Source: Camelus ferus
Taxonomy: Eukaryota
DNA: 64,000 bases
Direction of reading: 5' to 3'
Assembly (NCBI RefSeq): GCF_009834535.1
Contig: NC_045696.1
Span: forward strand, 74,588,001 to 74,652,000
Both the position numbers and the translations under genes were made by a program. The number at the start of each line of letters is the position of its first letter. Position 1 is the first letter of the stretch. The notes under the pieces were generated by a model that saw nothing but the letters and a program-made list of their open reading frames with translations, was not told the origin of the DNA and did no database searches. This document shows positions 26,730 through 40,135 of the stretch, piece after piece.

Positions 26730-28718
26730 CTGAGTAAAAGAGCAAACGAATGACTTTGCAATCTCTTTTCTTGAAATGAGAAAGACCTCCCTGAACAACG
26801 AACAGTCTCCCCCGAAGGCTTCTGGGCAGAGGCAGGGCTGCTTACTCGCTGCCCTCCACAGAAACAGAACCAGAGAAGCCTGCCGAAGGCCTGCTTACAG
26901 TGGCAGTGACAGGCTGCGTCACGCTATTTGTGTTTTTCTGACCCCTTTGAGACTGAGAGGGGGGACTGCGAACTCCGGCCCAGGTGAGAGGTTCGGGCCA
27001 TGCGTGTGATGTAAGTGATGCATGCATCTGGTCCTTCGTTTGTCCAGAGGTCAAGTGTGTGGACCCCAACACCCCCTCCAATCACAAAGTCTTCACACCA
27101 GAGAATCTCACATTGAAATAGACCTGAGCTTTCCTTTTCCGGGCCCTTCACTATGGTTAGAGGTCTTGGAGGGTGTGGGCCAAGGGGCAGGATGAGCTAT
27201 AAGGACCGCAGTTATCCAAGGCACCCAGCCCGTGATCCTAACCAACGCCGCCAAGACAACTCCATGCTGGGGGTACCCAGCACTGCAGAGAGCACAGCGG
27301 CCAACCTGCAAGGCCTTTCTACACCATCCCTGCTCAAATGATTAAATACCAAGGGGAAGGAAGTGAGCACACCGTAAACTTCCCAAGAGTCAGCAGATTT
27401 GCTCCTGGAAACTACCCGTAAGTCAAAATTTTGTATAGATTTCAAATGGACCTTTCTGGAATTCCTTTTGTGTTACCAAAACAACAACGACAACACTCCT
27501 GACTTATCAGCTTTCAGGCACACTGCTGTACCCCGTGTCTTCCTACACACATCTGAACATGCTTCTGAAGTTCAGTCCCCAGGCCACAGTCACTTCATGA
27601 TGCACTTCTACCTAGGATGCTAGCAGTAGGTGTCCCCAGCAATCCATTTCCTGAGACTAAATTATAAATCTCCTTTCTGGAAAGAAAGAAGTTACCGTCA
27701 TAGACTATAAACAGTGAGTTAGAGAGGACGCCAGCACTGAGCAGCACATGTAAGGCAGGGTCCCTGAGGTAGGCGAGAGAAAGCAAGTAAGCCCTGTTCT
27801 AAAAAGGAAGCACACTACAGATCCCCCACCCTCGGCGGGGCATTTATTCCACTTTGTATGATAAATGAGAATTAAAACACTAGTCAAAAGCTGCATGAAC
27901 CTAGAGAAAAGGGGAATCATTCCATCTTAAAATCATCACTTTCCAATGAACACAATAAAATGACGATCCCCGCCAAAAAAAAGAGGAAAAAGGACACCCA
28001 GGGAGTCTTTGAACTTTACAGAAATGACCAATTCACAAGAGATAAGCAATCTGGCAGATATTCAGCCCTTCTCTGTTTCTAAGATGTGAATTCTAAGAAA
28101 TTACTGTTCTGCCTGGGAAGAACCAGATCAGACTGACGGAAGGAACTTCCCCCTGAGACCCCCCCACCCACCTGGCTATGGTATCTGCTTTCTTGCTTGC
28201 TTCCAAGGTCCAGAGACCCTTCTAAGGGGCCTCACCCCACTAACAGCCCTGACTCTATGTCCCACAACAGGCATCTTACTCAGATGTCAAAGCTGGACTG
28301 TGTTAAGAGGCCTCTACTTCAATGCCCCACAGCAAAAAAAAATGCAGTTCTGATCATCTCCCTCAGACTCTACAGCACAACTTATGAGTGATAAGGTTAA
28401 AGAATTTTTCCACATATATAATCACAAATAATTTCCTCCTAATTAAGCTGACTCCAAACCAACCAGCTGGTCAAATTTACAGGCCCTGAAGTAGGTTCCA
28501 CCTATAACCCCTCCACAAAAATCTGTGATGCATTTGATTCCTCGCAAAAGAAAGTCACGTGGGGACCAAGGAAAAGATGAAAAAAAGAGACATGAGACGT
28601 GCAAACCAGACTCCCTGGGTGCTGGGTCTACTCCCAAGTGGCTAAACCGTGGTGCCTCTGATTGGAAGGTTTTTGCATATGAAGAAGCACACTGCTCGTT
28701 TCTGCTCTGGAACGTTAC

Positions 28719-28872
28719 CCTTGTTGGTTGCTGCCTCCATGGCCACAGGTAACTGCATCAGGTAATCCACCCTCTCCGTGTAACGGACTTTCCGGGTCTG
28801 ACAGCACTGAATACGTTCTTCCACCAAAAACCGAAAAACATCACTCGGGTTTTCTGAGCCAATGCGGTTCCT
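28719..28872 (-). CDS. USP13: USP13 exon 12 (154 nt), [51 protein letters not shown]
   Basis: Acceptor cttcag|AGG, donor AGG|gtaacg. Confidence 0.96.
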
Positions 28873-29970
28873 CTGAAGGTGAGATTATATCAGGTTAGTA
28901 AACTCACTAATATTAAGCCAGGAGTAAAAATGAGCAGAAAATCAAACATGAACCAGGTGCAAAGAGCTAGGGTTACTAAGCATTCCTGGGCATGCCAGTT
29001 CTCCAGAGGACTTTAAAAAGCAAACCCTCGGTATCTACCTAAAAAGTCCAAAAATGGGGGATTGGTTAAAAATCATAGTTCATCATGTGAATTAATCTTA
29101 TGCAGCCATTAAAAGTCATGGCAGAGGGACTGACCTAGATAGACTTAGGAGATGAAGGAGCCCAACTTAAGGAAAAGGGGAAGGAAATCAAGGACTGCCC
29201 TGGAAAAATTAAACCAAGTATGATATGAATACATAGATGCACTAATGTAAATTATACACAAACAGAAAAGAAATCATGTTGTATTCAAGTATGTAATGAC
29301 TTGTTCACAACAGGTTAAGTGAAAAACTCTGCTTACAAACCAGCATGGAGAGAATCGATTGCACCTGGAAAGGACTGAGGGCGAGGGAGAGGGGCTCACA
29401 CTAAAATGTTAGCACTGCTTGTTTGTGGGGCTGAAAGCATGAGAAATTTTGAGTTTCTACTTTGTGCCTCTCTGTTTCCACGAGGAACATATTTGTCATC
29501 AGGAAAAAAAAAAAAACAGTTGTTTATTAAGAGGGGAAAAAAGCCTTTAACCATGAATTCTCAGTGGCTTTTAAAAACCACAGTCTTGAATGTGATTCGC
29601 CTCTGCTCTGAGCCAAGGGTGACCATCTCGGAGTGATGCCAGGACACCAAATGCCACACAGGACTCTCAAGGAGCTTGTCACAGAGACAAGAAAACACAA
29701 ACAGCGAATGAAATAATGGATAACACTCCTACAACACGGGCGAATTAGGAGAACAGGAGCCCACCAGTGCCCCGGAGGCCAGGGCACGGGGAGCGATCGC
29801 ATCAGGTGTGCTGAGCAGACAGCGCCTCCAAGAAGCAGACTGTGGAGGAGCTGGTTTGGGGGAGACTGAGCCGGGGGCAGGGGGCATCTCGGCCACGCCA
29901 GTGTGGACCGCACGCGGGGGCTGGGCACACCTCTCACAACCCCTTCAGGCATTTCTGATAAGTGACCCAC

Positions 29971-30096
29971 CTCGACTAGATTCACCAAGTGCAAGAAAAA
30001 TTCCTGGGCATCCTGCTGTCTGTTGGAGGAGAGCTCCGGGTGGCTCTTGCTCACAAAGGCCTTAAACATGCGCGGGGAGATCCCGTTCTGTTGAGG
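29971..30096 (-). CDS. USP13: USP13 exon 11 (126 nt), [42 protein letters not shown] (QQDA box)
   Basis: Acceptor tttttag|CCT, donor GAG|gtgggt. Confidence 0.96.
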
Positions 30097-33000
30097 CTAA
30101 AAAATAAAAATAAAGCCAACTCACAATACGTTCATCACACGAGCAGTGCTCAGTGGAAGGCAGAGCAGGGATGACCATTAGCCCCAATTTTCAGATAAGA
30201 AACTGAAGCCCACGGAAGCACAACAGGGATAATGGCCAACGTGCACTGTGTATTAGGTACCGGGCACCGTACAATGGATGACCCTGACGCAAAATGGGCC
30301 ACAGGATGGGGCCCTCCCTGGACTCAAAACTAAGGCTCAATAAACACTCCGCTTTTCTTCCTCACAGAACTTGCTCCAGGCTGATGGCCAAGCTGGTCTG
30401 TCCACGACAGTCCATTTGAGAGCAGGCAAGAAATGCACTGGGTTGGGGGGAAATCCTCTGAAGGAAATAAGGAAAACTCTGCAGCAGCTCCATCCCTCCC
30501 TCCCCCAAGGGAACCCGAGAGGAGCCCTGGTAGAGACCAGGGTACTTGCAAGAGAAGGAAATGGCTCTAACCGCAGCAGAGCCACTGGGCTCGTGAGCCC
30601 ACCCAGGGCTGTTTCTGGAAAAGAGCAGAGGGAGCCCCCAGGAGCTCACCCCTCACTGGAAACACGAAAAGAGGCTGGCCAGAGCTGCTAGTATAGGAAG
30701 AGCAGGGACAACTGTGGCAGGACGAGGACGTGTAACTTCCCCAGCTCAGAAGGCAGCCAGGCTCCTCCAGGGAGGACGCCGCAGAGATGCTGCGAGGGCG
30801 GCCAGCTGAAGAGATTCGGACAGGAGCCGGAGTGGGGGGTTACAGAGCTCACCGCAACAGGGCATCAGGGAAAAGGCCCTTTAGGAGGTCCCTGAGGGGA
30901 CAAGCAGGGGTGGGAGACACCTCTAAAGGATCACTGATATGCCCCCACAAAACGGCTGGCCATGGCAGAAAACACACAGCAGCCAAGAGAGCCAAACGCA
31001 CTAGCTCAGTGAAAGGTTCTACCTCTTCTCCAATCTCCCAACCCTATATCCTTGATGCGGGAGGGGCCAGAAGGGGTGGGAGGAGGCAAAGAGGTGAAGC
31101 AAAGACACAAAAGGACGAGAACCCTTCTGCACTGCTGGTCTCCAAGGCTCCCGAGCTTGGTCATGGGAGAAGCCATAAACTGGCTTTGATGTGAACTTGG
31201 CTTTTTAATGCTGGCAGTCTGCTGGAAACCACTAGAAATCTAGGCAGTCTGCCTGAGGCAGAGTGGAACACCCACATCACCTTCAAGTAAAGAGGCGGGC
31301 TCAGAATAAAGCTGTTTCCTGAGTCCCCTCTAAGTCCAGCCCATCTAATAAAGGTGCTACGTGCCACCTCATTTAACCCTTACAACAGCCCTACAAAGGA
31401 GGTACTGCCATGACCCCCATTTTATAGCTCAGGAAACTGAGGCTGCCAGAGAAGTGCCACGTAGGTCTGTCAACAGAAAGTGGCCTTACGACCGGATTAT
31501 CATGCAATTGACAGAGAACAGAAGCAGGATTCCAATTCTAGGCTCTCCGCAGCAAAAACGGAGGCAGCTGTAGCATATTGTAGGTCTCTGAGACAAACTT
31601 CACCTGGCCAATCCAGCAGAAGTAACTCGTGTGCTCTCTGCAAAGGTGGGGCTGCTGCCCAACCACTTCTCAAAACTTCCTCGTGCTCAGCTTCCAGGCC
31701 CCTCCCCCTCCTCCGAAGGCCAGAGAACTTGCTATCTGGGCCATCTCTGGGTACACAGCACAACCAGCCTCCTACTTTCTTTAACTTCTCCTGCTTCTGG
31801 CCAGTCTCCTCAGCCTGACTGTGGTCCTTGGAGGCGGAGGCCCTGTCCCATACTCCTTTGAGATCTCTGGGACATCGGGATCAATGCCTAGGGTTGAGAG
31901 ATCACGGCAGGTGTGCCCAATCACAGTCAGACACAACAGGTGATGGGAAAACTGCAATATCTATCTCCCTGCAGCCATGGGGCAGCTCTACATATAAAAT
32001 CTCTCCAATGTGTGTGTTCTAAGCAATGTTCCTAATAAAACTCAGGTGAATTTTCCTACCTTGCTTAAAAAAAATTGGCATCCAGTATTTACCAACCACC
32101 TACTTCATGCAGAGCATTATTGCAGATTCTGCCCTCCAACAGCTGACAGACAACAAGGAAGATAAGAGACAAAATGTATCTGTAACAAGCATTAAGGAGC
32201 ACTGCAGAGGACCTGAGACAGTGCTGGCAGCTTTAACTGTTAGTTAAATGATCAATTTAACTACTGTTACATCTTCTGAGAAGTATGTAGAAGTAGAAGT
32301 TGTAACGTTCTTCACTCAGTGCTGATGTACATCCACAGAGTATCAGCTGACACATGCAAAAATAATGCCTAACCTTTGCATGAGGGCTAACATTTAGTCA
32401 TTCATTCAAAAGAAATTTACCCAGTGGCATAACATGTCAGATACCATCTAGGTACGTGGATGAATATTTACTAGGTGCAAGGCATAGTTCTGAGTACTTT
32501 ACATGCGTATCTTGCTTAAATCACCCAACCTCACAAGGTGATGATGATGATGATTATCATTATCTCCTCCACCTGACAGATGAAACTGAGGCAAAGAGGA
32601 GTTAAGTAACTGACCCACTCACACAACTAGAAAAGTCAATCTCTCTGTCTCTCTGTGTCCATCTGTCTGTCCTTCTCTCTGTCTCTCCTGTCCTAATGCT
32701 GCTTCTTGCATACATGTGTCTAGTTCTCATCTCTGATGTCCCTGAACCCCTCTTACCAGCTCCTGAGAAAAGAAGACAGTGTGTCCCGGACTCTGGGTAA
32801 GCCCTCTTCAAACCCACACACCTCTGGGGCCAACATTACAGGCCAGGCCAGCAATTACATCTCCACTCTCGGCAGCATGGAGGCCCACGTGGAATAAACC
32901 TGCTTGCACCGTGCATTTCGGTTGAGGCATTCACATCAGTACAACTCACTGCCCGCTGCGGGCGGCGTTACTCCCTACAAGCCGTCTTGGAGCTTGAGGT

Positions 33001-36000
33001 GGCTGCCAGTCCCATCAAGGCAGCTGCTTGGGAAAGTTTACTAACTCGTTGAAAGTTAGTAAATTCTGAAAAGCTGGCTGCTACTCCATGCCACCATGTG
33101 GTCATACAACTGGGAGGAGACGTTTCAATGAAGACCACGGTGAAAACTCCAGAGATTCGGCCCTGCACTTGGACAGTGGCCCAGCCTCACTCATCCCCCT
33201 CCCACGCCTCTTGTCTCTCAGTGCCCATTTCATTTCTTTGTTTCCCGTCAACTGACCTTGCTTAATCCTTCGTTCAACAGGCAAGCTATAGCTTGAGAAT
33301 TGACGATCATCGAGAAGTTATTTGAAAAACTTCCTCAACAGAGAGAGACTGCCTCTCCCTCTCCACGTCCCGCTGCAGACCGGCTCCCGGCTTTCGCAGC
33401 TGGGTTTGATTTGATCTCAAACTCGGCTACCCCACACTCAGTGCCTGAGCATCAGCTGGCCCCTCCGCCCGCACCTACGCCCCACACCGATCCTAGCCCT
33501 GATTTCTGAGGGGAGGTCTCACTCATGCTCAGGATCAGCTATTACTGTGGTCCCCTCATGTCTAATGTACATGAAAGTCAGGCTGTCAAAAAATTGAGCA
33601 TGAACCCAGTGAAGCTTCCAGATCTAACTTCCATCTTATAAGAAACAAAAGCTAAACCACATCGCAAGGGAGAAATCCTTAAAGCAATCCTGGGGCAAAT
33701 GATCCAGCTCCTTCAACCTATCAATCACTTGCAAAAAGAGGGGAACTTGAAAAAGATGTCTTTGATGCTGCAGCGAAAACCTAGATACGGGCTGGGCGTT
33801 GGCGGATACATTTTGCTGCTGTGCTTCTAACACTTTAAACAACTTTTAACATGATACCAATGTTTAAAAAAAGGCAGTCTAGTTATAGGTGCATACTGCG
33901 TACCTACAGGTGAAGAGGAGGATGTTGGGTTTCGTGTTAAAATACTGCAAGGAAAGGAGAGGATGGGGGTGGTAGGGAAAGACTGAGTTCAGGGGGAATA
34001 AAGACCCCAGACAGGCAGACTGGTGACGCTGCAGCTACACGATGGTACAGGGGAGAGTCATTATACTCTGCTCTCTGTCTGTGTATATTTGCAAATTTAA
34101 ATAATTTTTTTAAAAGGTCTGGCTCTGGAATAAGGCAGTTACTTAAAAGAAACCAAAAAGCCAAAACAAGTACCGAAGACCTAAATCAAAGAAATACCAC
34201 ATTTTCTGGTTGGCCCAGGGCCAGTGACATCACCTGTAATATCCCCTATGGGCCTATCCCCAAACAGGGTGAGAGAGAGAGACCAAAACTGACCAAGAGT
34301 CAGACCTGCCTTCAGGAAGCTCACACTCTCAGTGTGAGCTGGCCCTGGGGCACCAGAAGCGATGGCCAGTCCCAAAACTAACTTTATAAGAGGGAGCGCC
34401 AGGTAGTCTCCAAAACAGCAACCACCTAAGGACCCTGTCATATTTATAGGCTACTGTACTTACTTTCTCCATCAGCAATTGCAAAACAGATCAGCTAAAA
34501 TTAGAGAGAGGACTATGGTGTTCAGAATCTTTCCCAAGTGCTTACACAGGACTTTGTTTAATGCTGCACCAAGAAGGCGGCTGGACACTGTCCACTCACA
34601 TTCCTCTGAGCCTAATGCTTTAATTAACAAACAAGCAGCAAGAATGAGGCTTTGTATCACTGTAGAACAACATTTGTACAGATATTTACATTGGAAAACC
34701 AAGGGAATGAGAAAAAGATACACGTAGCTCAGCCCGGCCCCTGTAAGCAGGTGTTTGCCATCTGCTGATTGAAACGTTTAAAGCATAAACCCTGAACCAG
34801 TAGTTCCTAACCCAGGTTCAAATCCAGAATCTCCTAGGCTAAAAGAACAGAGGATATTCCCCAGGCTATATTTCATATTTCAAAAGGTGACTTAGAAATG
34901 TCACATCTGTCCAACACAGGAAAACAGAGGTTAGTGAAAACAGTTCTTATGTTTGGAGCTAAAATTACATCACCTGGAAGTAGATCATTGATTACTTCAT
35001 GTTAGTCAAAAATCGAGACCAGTAATTACGTGTCAAGGATTAGCTAGATGGGAAATCAAATGAATTATCGTTTAAGAAACTGTTCAGAATACAGAATTGT
35101 TTAAAAAAAAAAAAAAGCTATTTTCGGAAGGAAAAATAAATTAAGGCGTATTCAGCATTAAAATGTGAAAGCGCTGTCTTAGAGTGCGTAAAGATCAGGA
35201 ATATATTTTTTGGAGAAGAAAAAGTATCCTTTCATAGTGAGGAAGCTTTATCTACTACAGATGCAATTTAATTTTAAAAATCAATTCAACAAACTTATAT
35301 AGAAATGGCAGTGCCCAAGAAAATAACTGCAAACCTTTTTATAGAAGAAATATATAGTAAGCCTGTGTATATAAAAACTAGATTTCATCTTGGTCTGTAG
35401 CAGAGCAATTTAATATCAGGAAGTGTATACTCTAGAAGTGACCCAGCACGTAAGTAGCCCAAGATACCGGGCTACCTGGTAATTCTGCAAACCTTAAGCA
35501 GCCCCTTTGGCCATCCACTTACCAGCATCCACACACTGAGACACAGGGAGCCTGAAACAAGTACGGGAGCCACAGTTACGCAAGCAGGACAGTGCGGTGG
35601 TCAAAAGCAGACTCAGGCGCCAGACTTGCTGGTGTAAACCCCCGCTCCCCTACTCCCTAGTTTTGTAATGTAGGCAAAGATTCTGTGCATCAATGACCAT
35701 ACAGGAAGAGCCTGGCCATCTATGTGAGGCTAGTTATTGGTATCACTGGCTGTGTAAAAAGGAGTTCCTGCCACATGGCTCTCCCGTGTTCTCTCCCCTC
35801 CACCACACATTCCTCTCGTAATCTATCCTCCTCTCTGCTTCAGCACATATTCCTTCCTCTCTTGGAGCATTTCAGGCTCATCTACAAGATAAAAACGCCA
35901 GAGGCTAGGGACAAGATCACCTGACCAAAGGGCTCCTGAGACCTGAAAGAATAAAGATACTCAAAACCGTTTCTCTGAAACCAATTGCTGGTGAAAATCC

Positions 36001-38348
36001 TGATGCCTCAGAAAGTAACTCCCTCCACTGTCAAGAGGAGTGGAGATTGTTACAATGAATTACTTGTCTGCTGCAGTAACAGCTTGAAACTGACACCTCC
36101 AGGGCCACAAAGAAAATCCTGTGGTCAATTTAAGCTCATTTTGAATGTTAATGGGATCCTATTGATCCTGGCACCTCAGAGCTACTGGGGAAAGGACTTT
36201 ACAAATCATCTAGCTCAAGGGTCACACACCCAAATACCATGCGCACCAGCCAGGTCATGAACCACAAAGGGACTGAAGCCAGCTGGGGACTGTGTGTCCT
36301 GTGTGAAGGGAGGGCTATTACTCAGCTCCAGCCAACCTGCTGTCCTTGGCCTGGGACTGCCAGAGGGTCTGAGTGTTTAAAAGAACCTGGAAATTCACAG
36401 ATTTGTGTGGGAGTCAAGCAAACACACCAGCAGGACAAATGGCCCAAATGCTGCCAGGTTACACACCCAGAGCCAGACAGGGAGGGGTTCTCACCTGCAA
36501 GCCTCAGAGCCCTGAAGATCACACAGCTACCACACTAAGTCCATGGCAAGGAGGGGACAAGGGTCCCCAGCCTTTCACAGACTAAATTACATGCCTTGCT
36601 CATATAGGAAGTATTTTACTCCCTAATGTAAAAGGATACTGTGATATTAACAAAACCAAATTTTACTGCCAAATTTTACTAAACCGATGACTTTTCACTT
36701 CACATTTTCTCAAATGAAGAGATTCCAAAAGCACAGCAGTCATATATTGGATACATTTTCTTTACATTAGAGAGGGGACCGTCACACTTGCAATATTCAC
36801 AACCCTCGGAGAGACCAATCTGCCATTCGATGGCTGAAACTGCAGGGTTACGGGACTTGCACACAGTCTACAGATCCTTGCTGGGACAGGAGAGAAAGCC
36901 AGGATCCTGAGTCCCAATCCAGTCTCCTCCTGTTCCAGCAGGGAGCGTGGACTCTGCCCCAAGAGTGGTCCAAGGAGTGACAGCCTGGATGAAAATCCAG
37001 GATAAATGCCATCAAAAACAAAATTTTGGACCAAGTTTTTTCACCATCACCTCTTCGAAGTTTCACAGGAACTCAGAGGTAAAAGCAGCCTGGATAACCC
37101 CATACCCCAGCCCTACACCCAAACCATCCGAACTGAGGGTCTTCCAGTCTCAGGCGGACAAGGAACTCATGATCTTGCAACTGCCAGATAACAATGCAAC
37201 TGAAGAACTGAAGTCTTCCTGCCTCACAACACTCTGATCTCCAGGCCTGGCCACTCCAAATGTCTAACCCTCTCTACCCTCCTCACAACCAACTTCCTTC
37301 TCCCCACCCCAGACACTGCCTCTATATGTTCCCTTCCTAATCTCCCTTCTCCTGTTTGATCCATTTCCCCAACTAATTGGCTTCATTATGAAGATGTACT
37401 TATTCACTTTTGATTCTTGCTCTCAGTCTGCAGGCATCCGTCAAGGATGACTGACTGAAGATAGGAGCCCACAGGTCACACACTTGACAAACAATTGAAA
37501 GAACTTGCCCACTAAGTCAAGACAAGGTACTGTGAAGGCAGAGGAGGTGCTGGGGAAGTGGGATATGCATTCCAGCCAGGACATCTGCAACAGTGGGAGC
37601 CAAGGCTGCCAAATACAGCTGCCTAAGCTGTGCACTACAGAATTCCAAGAGCACTGCTCAAAAAGGCCAGGTGGCAAGTGGCGCCCTCTGGAGATGTGTA
37701 ACAGAGCAGCCCAGGGAGGGGTCAGGGGCCCATCCTGCTGGCACATGGAAATGCAAGTCTGGCTATATTAGGAGATGAAGCACATCTTTCAATTAATCAA
37801 TGAATAGTGATTAAATGGCCAACTAAGTTTCTTACACTTACAAACCCTCCGCCGCTTACCAAAAATGAGGACTGCCCAGCCCTCCCCAGACATTCAGAAC
37901 CCTCAGTTCCAGAGGGAACAGCAATGTGCGTGTTGTTTTTTTAACAACCAGCCTCCTGAGAAACCCTAGCAAACAAAATTGAGGCTTAGGAGAAGAAAGA
38001 CACTAGGAAGGCCAAGACTGTGTTACCAAGGGGAAAATGTTTATATTTTTATAAAGTTTATTCCTTCTACTTCAGCTCTATTTTATGCAGAATATTATTT
38101 CTGAAGACCATTAACGATGGCAATTACATATAATCCACGAAGCAACTGCCACTAGAAACCCCAGCCCTGGCTACTCCTCACCACAATTTTTAAGAGCGGA
38201 CACACACCGTGGACCCTAAAATGAAACAGCTATTCTGGCAGCTTGCTACATTTACAGCCACCATTCCCCAAATCACAGGAAATCCACCCTCTAGCTGGGA
38301 AGGTCCCTCCTTCCTACATATCGACATGGCAAACACATGGACACATAC

Positions 38349-38442
38349 CTTATGCTCCTCCTTCATCACCTGTTCAATGAGTTCAGATTTCACGGGAGGT
38401 TTTGAATACTGGCCTGAGAGAAGGCCATGTCCTAACTTAGTC
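38349..38442 (-). CDS. USP13: USP13 exon 10 (94 nt), [31 protein letters not shown]
   Basis: Acceptor ctgcccag|G, donor AAG|gtatgt; within ORF 38190..38537. Confidence 0.96.
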
Positions 38443-38818
38443 CTGGGCAGGAGGGAGAAACAGACAAAAAGGTCATTGTTGTTTCCTCTCAGAGATATTA
38501 AAATTATCCACAAATTCCAACAACTACAGCTGAACACTGTGTCTCAGTTACTCGCAAATAACTCTTTTGATTCTGCTTGATACTGATTGAAATGTTAAAT
38601 TTTCTCAGCACTTTATAATTTTACTAATTATATATATAATATATAATACATAAAATTTAACTTATAAATTTACTAATTCTTATAAAAGCAACACATGCTC
38701 ATTTTAGAATACTCTTAAAAATACAGAAAATAAAGAACTGACTTTAATTCTGCAACCCAGAGACTACTATAAACACTTTATCAGATACTTTTCTTAAAAG
38801 CTACAATTGGTTACTTAC

Positions 38819-38890
38819 ATCTGTGTATTAAAATCTTGTGTTGGATCTAAAGGAGAGTAGTCAAATATTCTTGGAAGATTTCCTACATAC
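38819..38890 (-). CDS. USP13: USP13 exon 9 (72 nt), [23 protein letters not shown](M)
   Basis: Manual translation; acceptor ttttctag|G, donor GAT|gtaagt. Confidence 0.96.
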
Positions 38891-39067
38891 CTAGAAAATG
38901 AGAAGCAACAGTCAAAACAGAGGAACTGAGGGAAAAACAGAACCAAAATAAGCTGTCATCCTGGCTAAGACCTTCTTGCCTTCCTGTCAAAATTAAATCA
39001 TCTACCCGAAGAGAAGTTTTTCCTGCAGCCATGCTTCTGGGCCCCGCTGAAATGTTTGTGCTTCTCT

Positions 39068-39235
39068 CAGTGGGTCTCAACCCTGGGTGCGAGTTAGAAT
39101 TCCCTAAAGGATTTCTTGAAAAAATGCAGAAACCAGAGCCACCGCCCAGGGGTTCTGATTTCACTCCCTGGGATTGGGAATCTTTTACAAGTTCCCCAGG
39201 TGATTCTAACATGCAGCCAGAGTCAAGGACCACTG
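39068..39235 (+). mobile_element. MER5-family hAT-Charlie element
   Basis: TIR-like ends cagtgggtctcaa / aaggaccactg; internal acaagttccccaggtgattctaacatgcagcc. Confidence 0.75.
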
Positions 39236-39789
39236 GCTTATGCCATCACAACTACCATCTCGAAAATAAAAGGTAAAGTTAGGAATTATCTCAATCATGT
39301 CAAAATGAATAATGATGACAGTAAGAGTGACAACTACTGTTTCTGGGGGGTTTCCTCTGTTACCTGATTAAGTCTTCATTACAACTATATGTGGAGGGGA
39401 TTATTATCGCTACCCCGTTTGAGAGATGAGAAATTGGGAGGCAAATTCTTCAGTGAGATTCCAAAGTCACCCAGGAGGGAGTGATGAAGCCCAGAGGGGA
39501 CCCAGGCAGCCTGGCTCCCATGCGGTGCTCTGAACCACTCTGCCAGCTGGACCTGCCCCGGCCACAGTCTCCTGCAGTCCACAACCCCTTTCTGACCAGT
39601 CTATCCCGACTGAGCAGCGCTAACTGTACCCACCCGCCTCTCATCTCAGTGCACAATCATTCCCTTCACTTCTTACGTTCTTCTTCTGTTTCATACCCCC
39701 TGCTTTGAGCTGTTCACCTTTCCCTCTTGAGGCTTTGACTCTCTGAGCCTGAAGGTTCTAGGAAGAAGGATCCAGAAGCAGATCCCTTT

Positions 39790-40135
39790 CCCTGGCCCTT
39801 CCTGCACTTGCTCTGCCCACTTCTCTGACCTCACTCCCCCTCACACACAATGCCCCGGCCACTTCCCCTTCTTGCTGCCCAGGGCACGCCAAGCTCGCTC
39901 CTGCTTCAAGGTCAGGCATACACTGTCTCCTTCCTGGAACTCTCTCTACCCATCCCTGTTCTTTTTCAGGTCTGATTAAAAGTCCCTCCCCACCCTTCCT
40001 AAAATCCCCTATCAGCCCACCCTGGCTAACTTTCTTCTTGGCATGCATCACTATTTGCAATTATATTAATTTATTTATGTTCTTGTTTATTATTTATCTC
40101 TCTAGGGATTACATACTAGAATATAATCTCCATGA
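39790..40135 (+). mobile_element. L2 3' fragment
   Basis: ctctgacctcactcccc...tcaggcatacactgtctccttcctggaactct...atactagaatataatctccatga. Confidence 0.6.

Noticed and set aside
29527..30069. 180-aa ORF, the longest in the track
   Set aside because: Only the first 33 aa are USP13 exon 11; the rest is read-through into GC-rich intron.
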